From positions 26,300,954 through 26,364,953 of the forward strand of contig CP154954.1 in NCBI GenBank assembly GCA_039621445.1: a DNA stretch of 64,000 nt, written 5' to 3'. Shown here piece by piece: positions 63,987 to 64,000 of this stretch. The translations under genes were made by a program, and so were the position numbers. Numbering within the stretch: the stretch's first letter is position 1; every line of letters begins with the position of its first letter. Under the pieces are notes generated by a model. It did not search any database and had not been told where the DNA came from. It was given only the letters and a program-made list of their open reading frames with translations. Source of the stretch: Euglena gracilis. Lineage: Eukaryota.

Positions 63987-64000
63987 AGGGCTTAAGGCCC

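Larger units (their letters stand above)
60094..64000 (-). mobile_element. DIRS-like tyrosine-recombinase retrotransposon (5' end beyond the window)
   Basis: RT, RNase H, MT-like and YR motifs in DIRS order, with ICR-like repeats at the 3' end. Confidence 0.9.

Noticed and set aside
1-64000. rRNA, tRNA or spliced-leader RNA genes
   Set aside because: None recognised by eye; an Infernal or tRNAscan-SE run would be needed to exclude them.

Overview
This is eukaryotic genomic DNA, most likely from a euglenid. The evidence is nonconventional stem-forming introns with CAG at +4..+6 and CTG at -8..-6, mixed with GT-AG introns, plus TTAGGG repeats. Nearly the whole window is the interior of one very large + strand gene, and neither its start nor its stop codon is visible. 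About 21 exons (302-37736) splice in frame into a roughly 2000-aa Thr/Pro/Ser/Ala mucin-like stalk built of TPSA/TPTA repeats. About 25 small exons (39313-~59425) follow and encode a Cys-containing, extracellular-looking region. The introns are full of MITEs (TA-flanked Tc1/mariner-like and CAG...CTG hAT-like), microsatellites and local duplications. The last ~4 kb is a DIRS-like tyrosine-recombinase retrotransposon on the - strand with RT, RNase H, an adenine-methyltransferase-like domain and an overlapping YR frame. Two observations stand out. First, the nonconventional intron geometry (3 nt + CAG...CTG + 5 nt) matches an intronic MITE with CAG/CTG termini and a perfect 8-bp TSD. Second, many phase-0 repeat exons share interchangeable donor and acceptor stems. 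Exon borders were assigned by eye and need RNA confirmation. Most ORFs in the supplied track are spurious.
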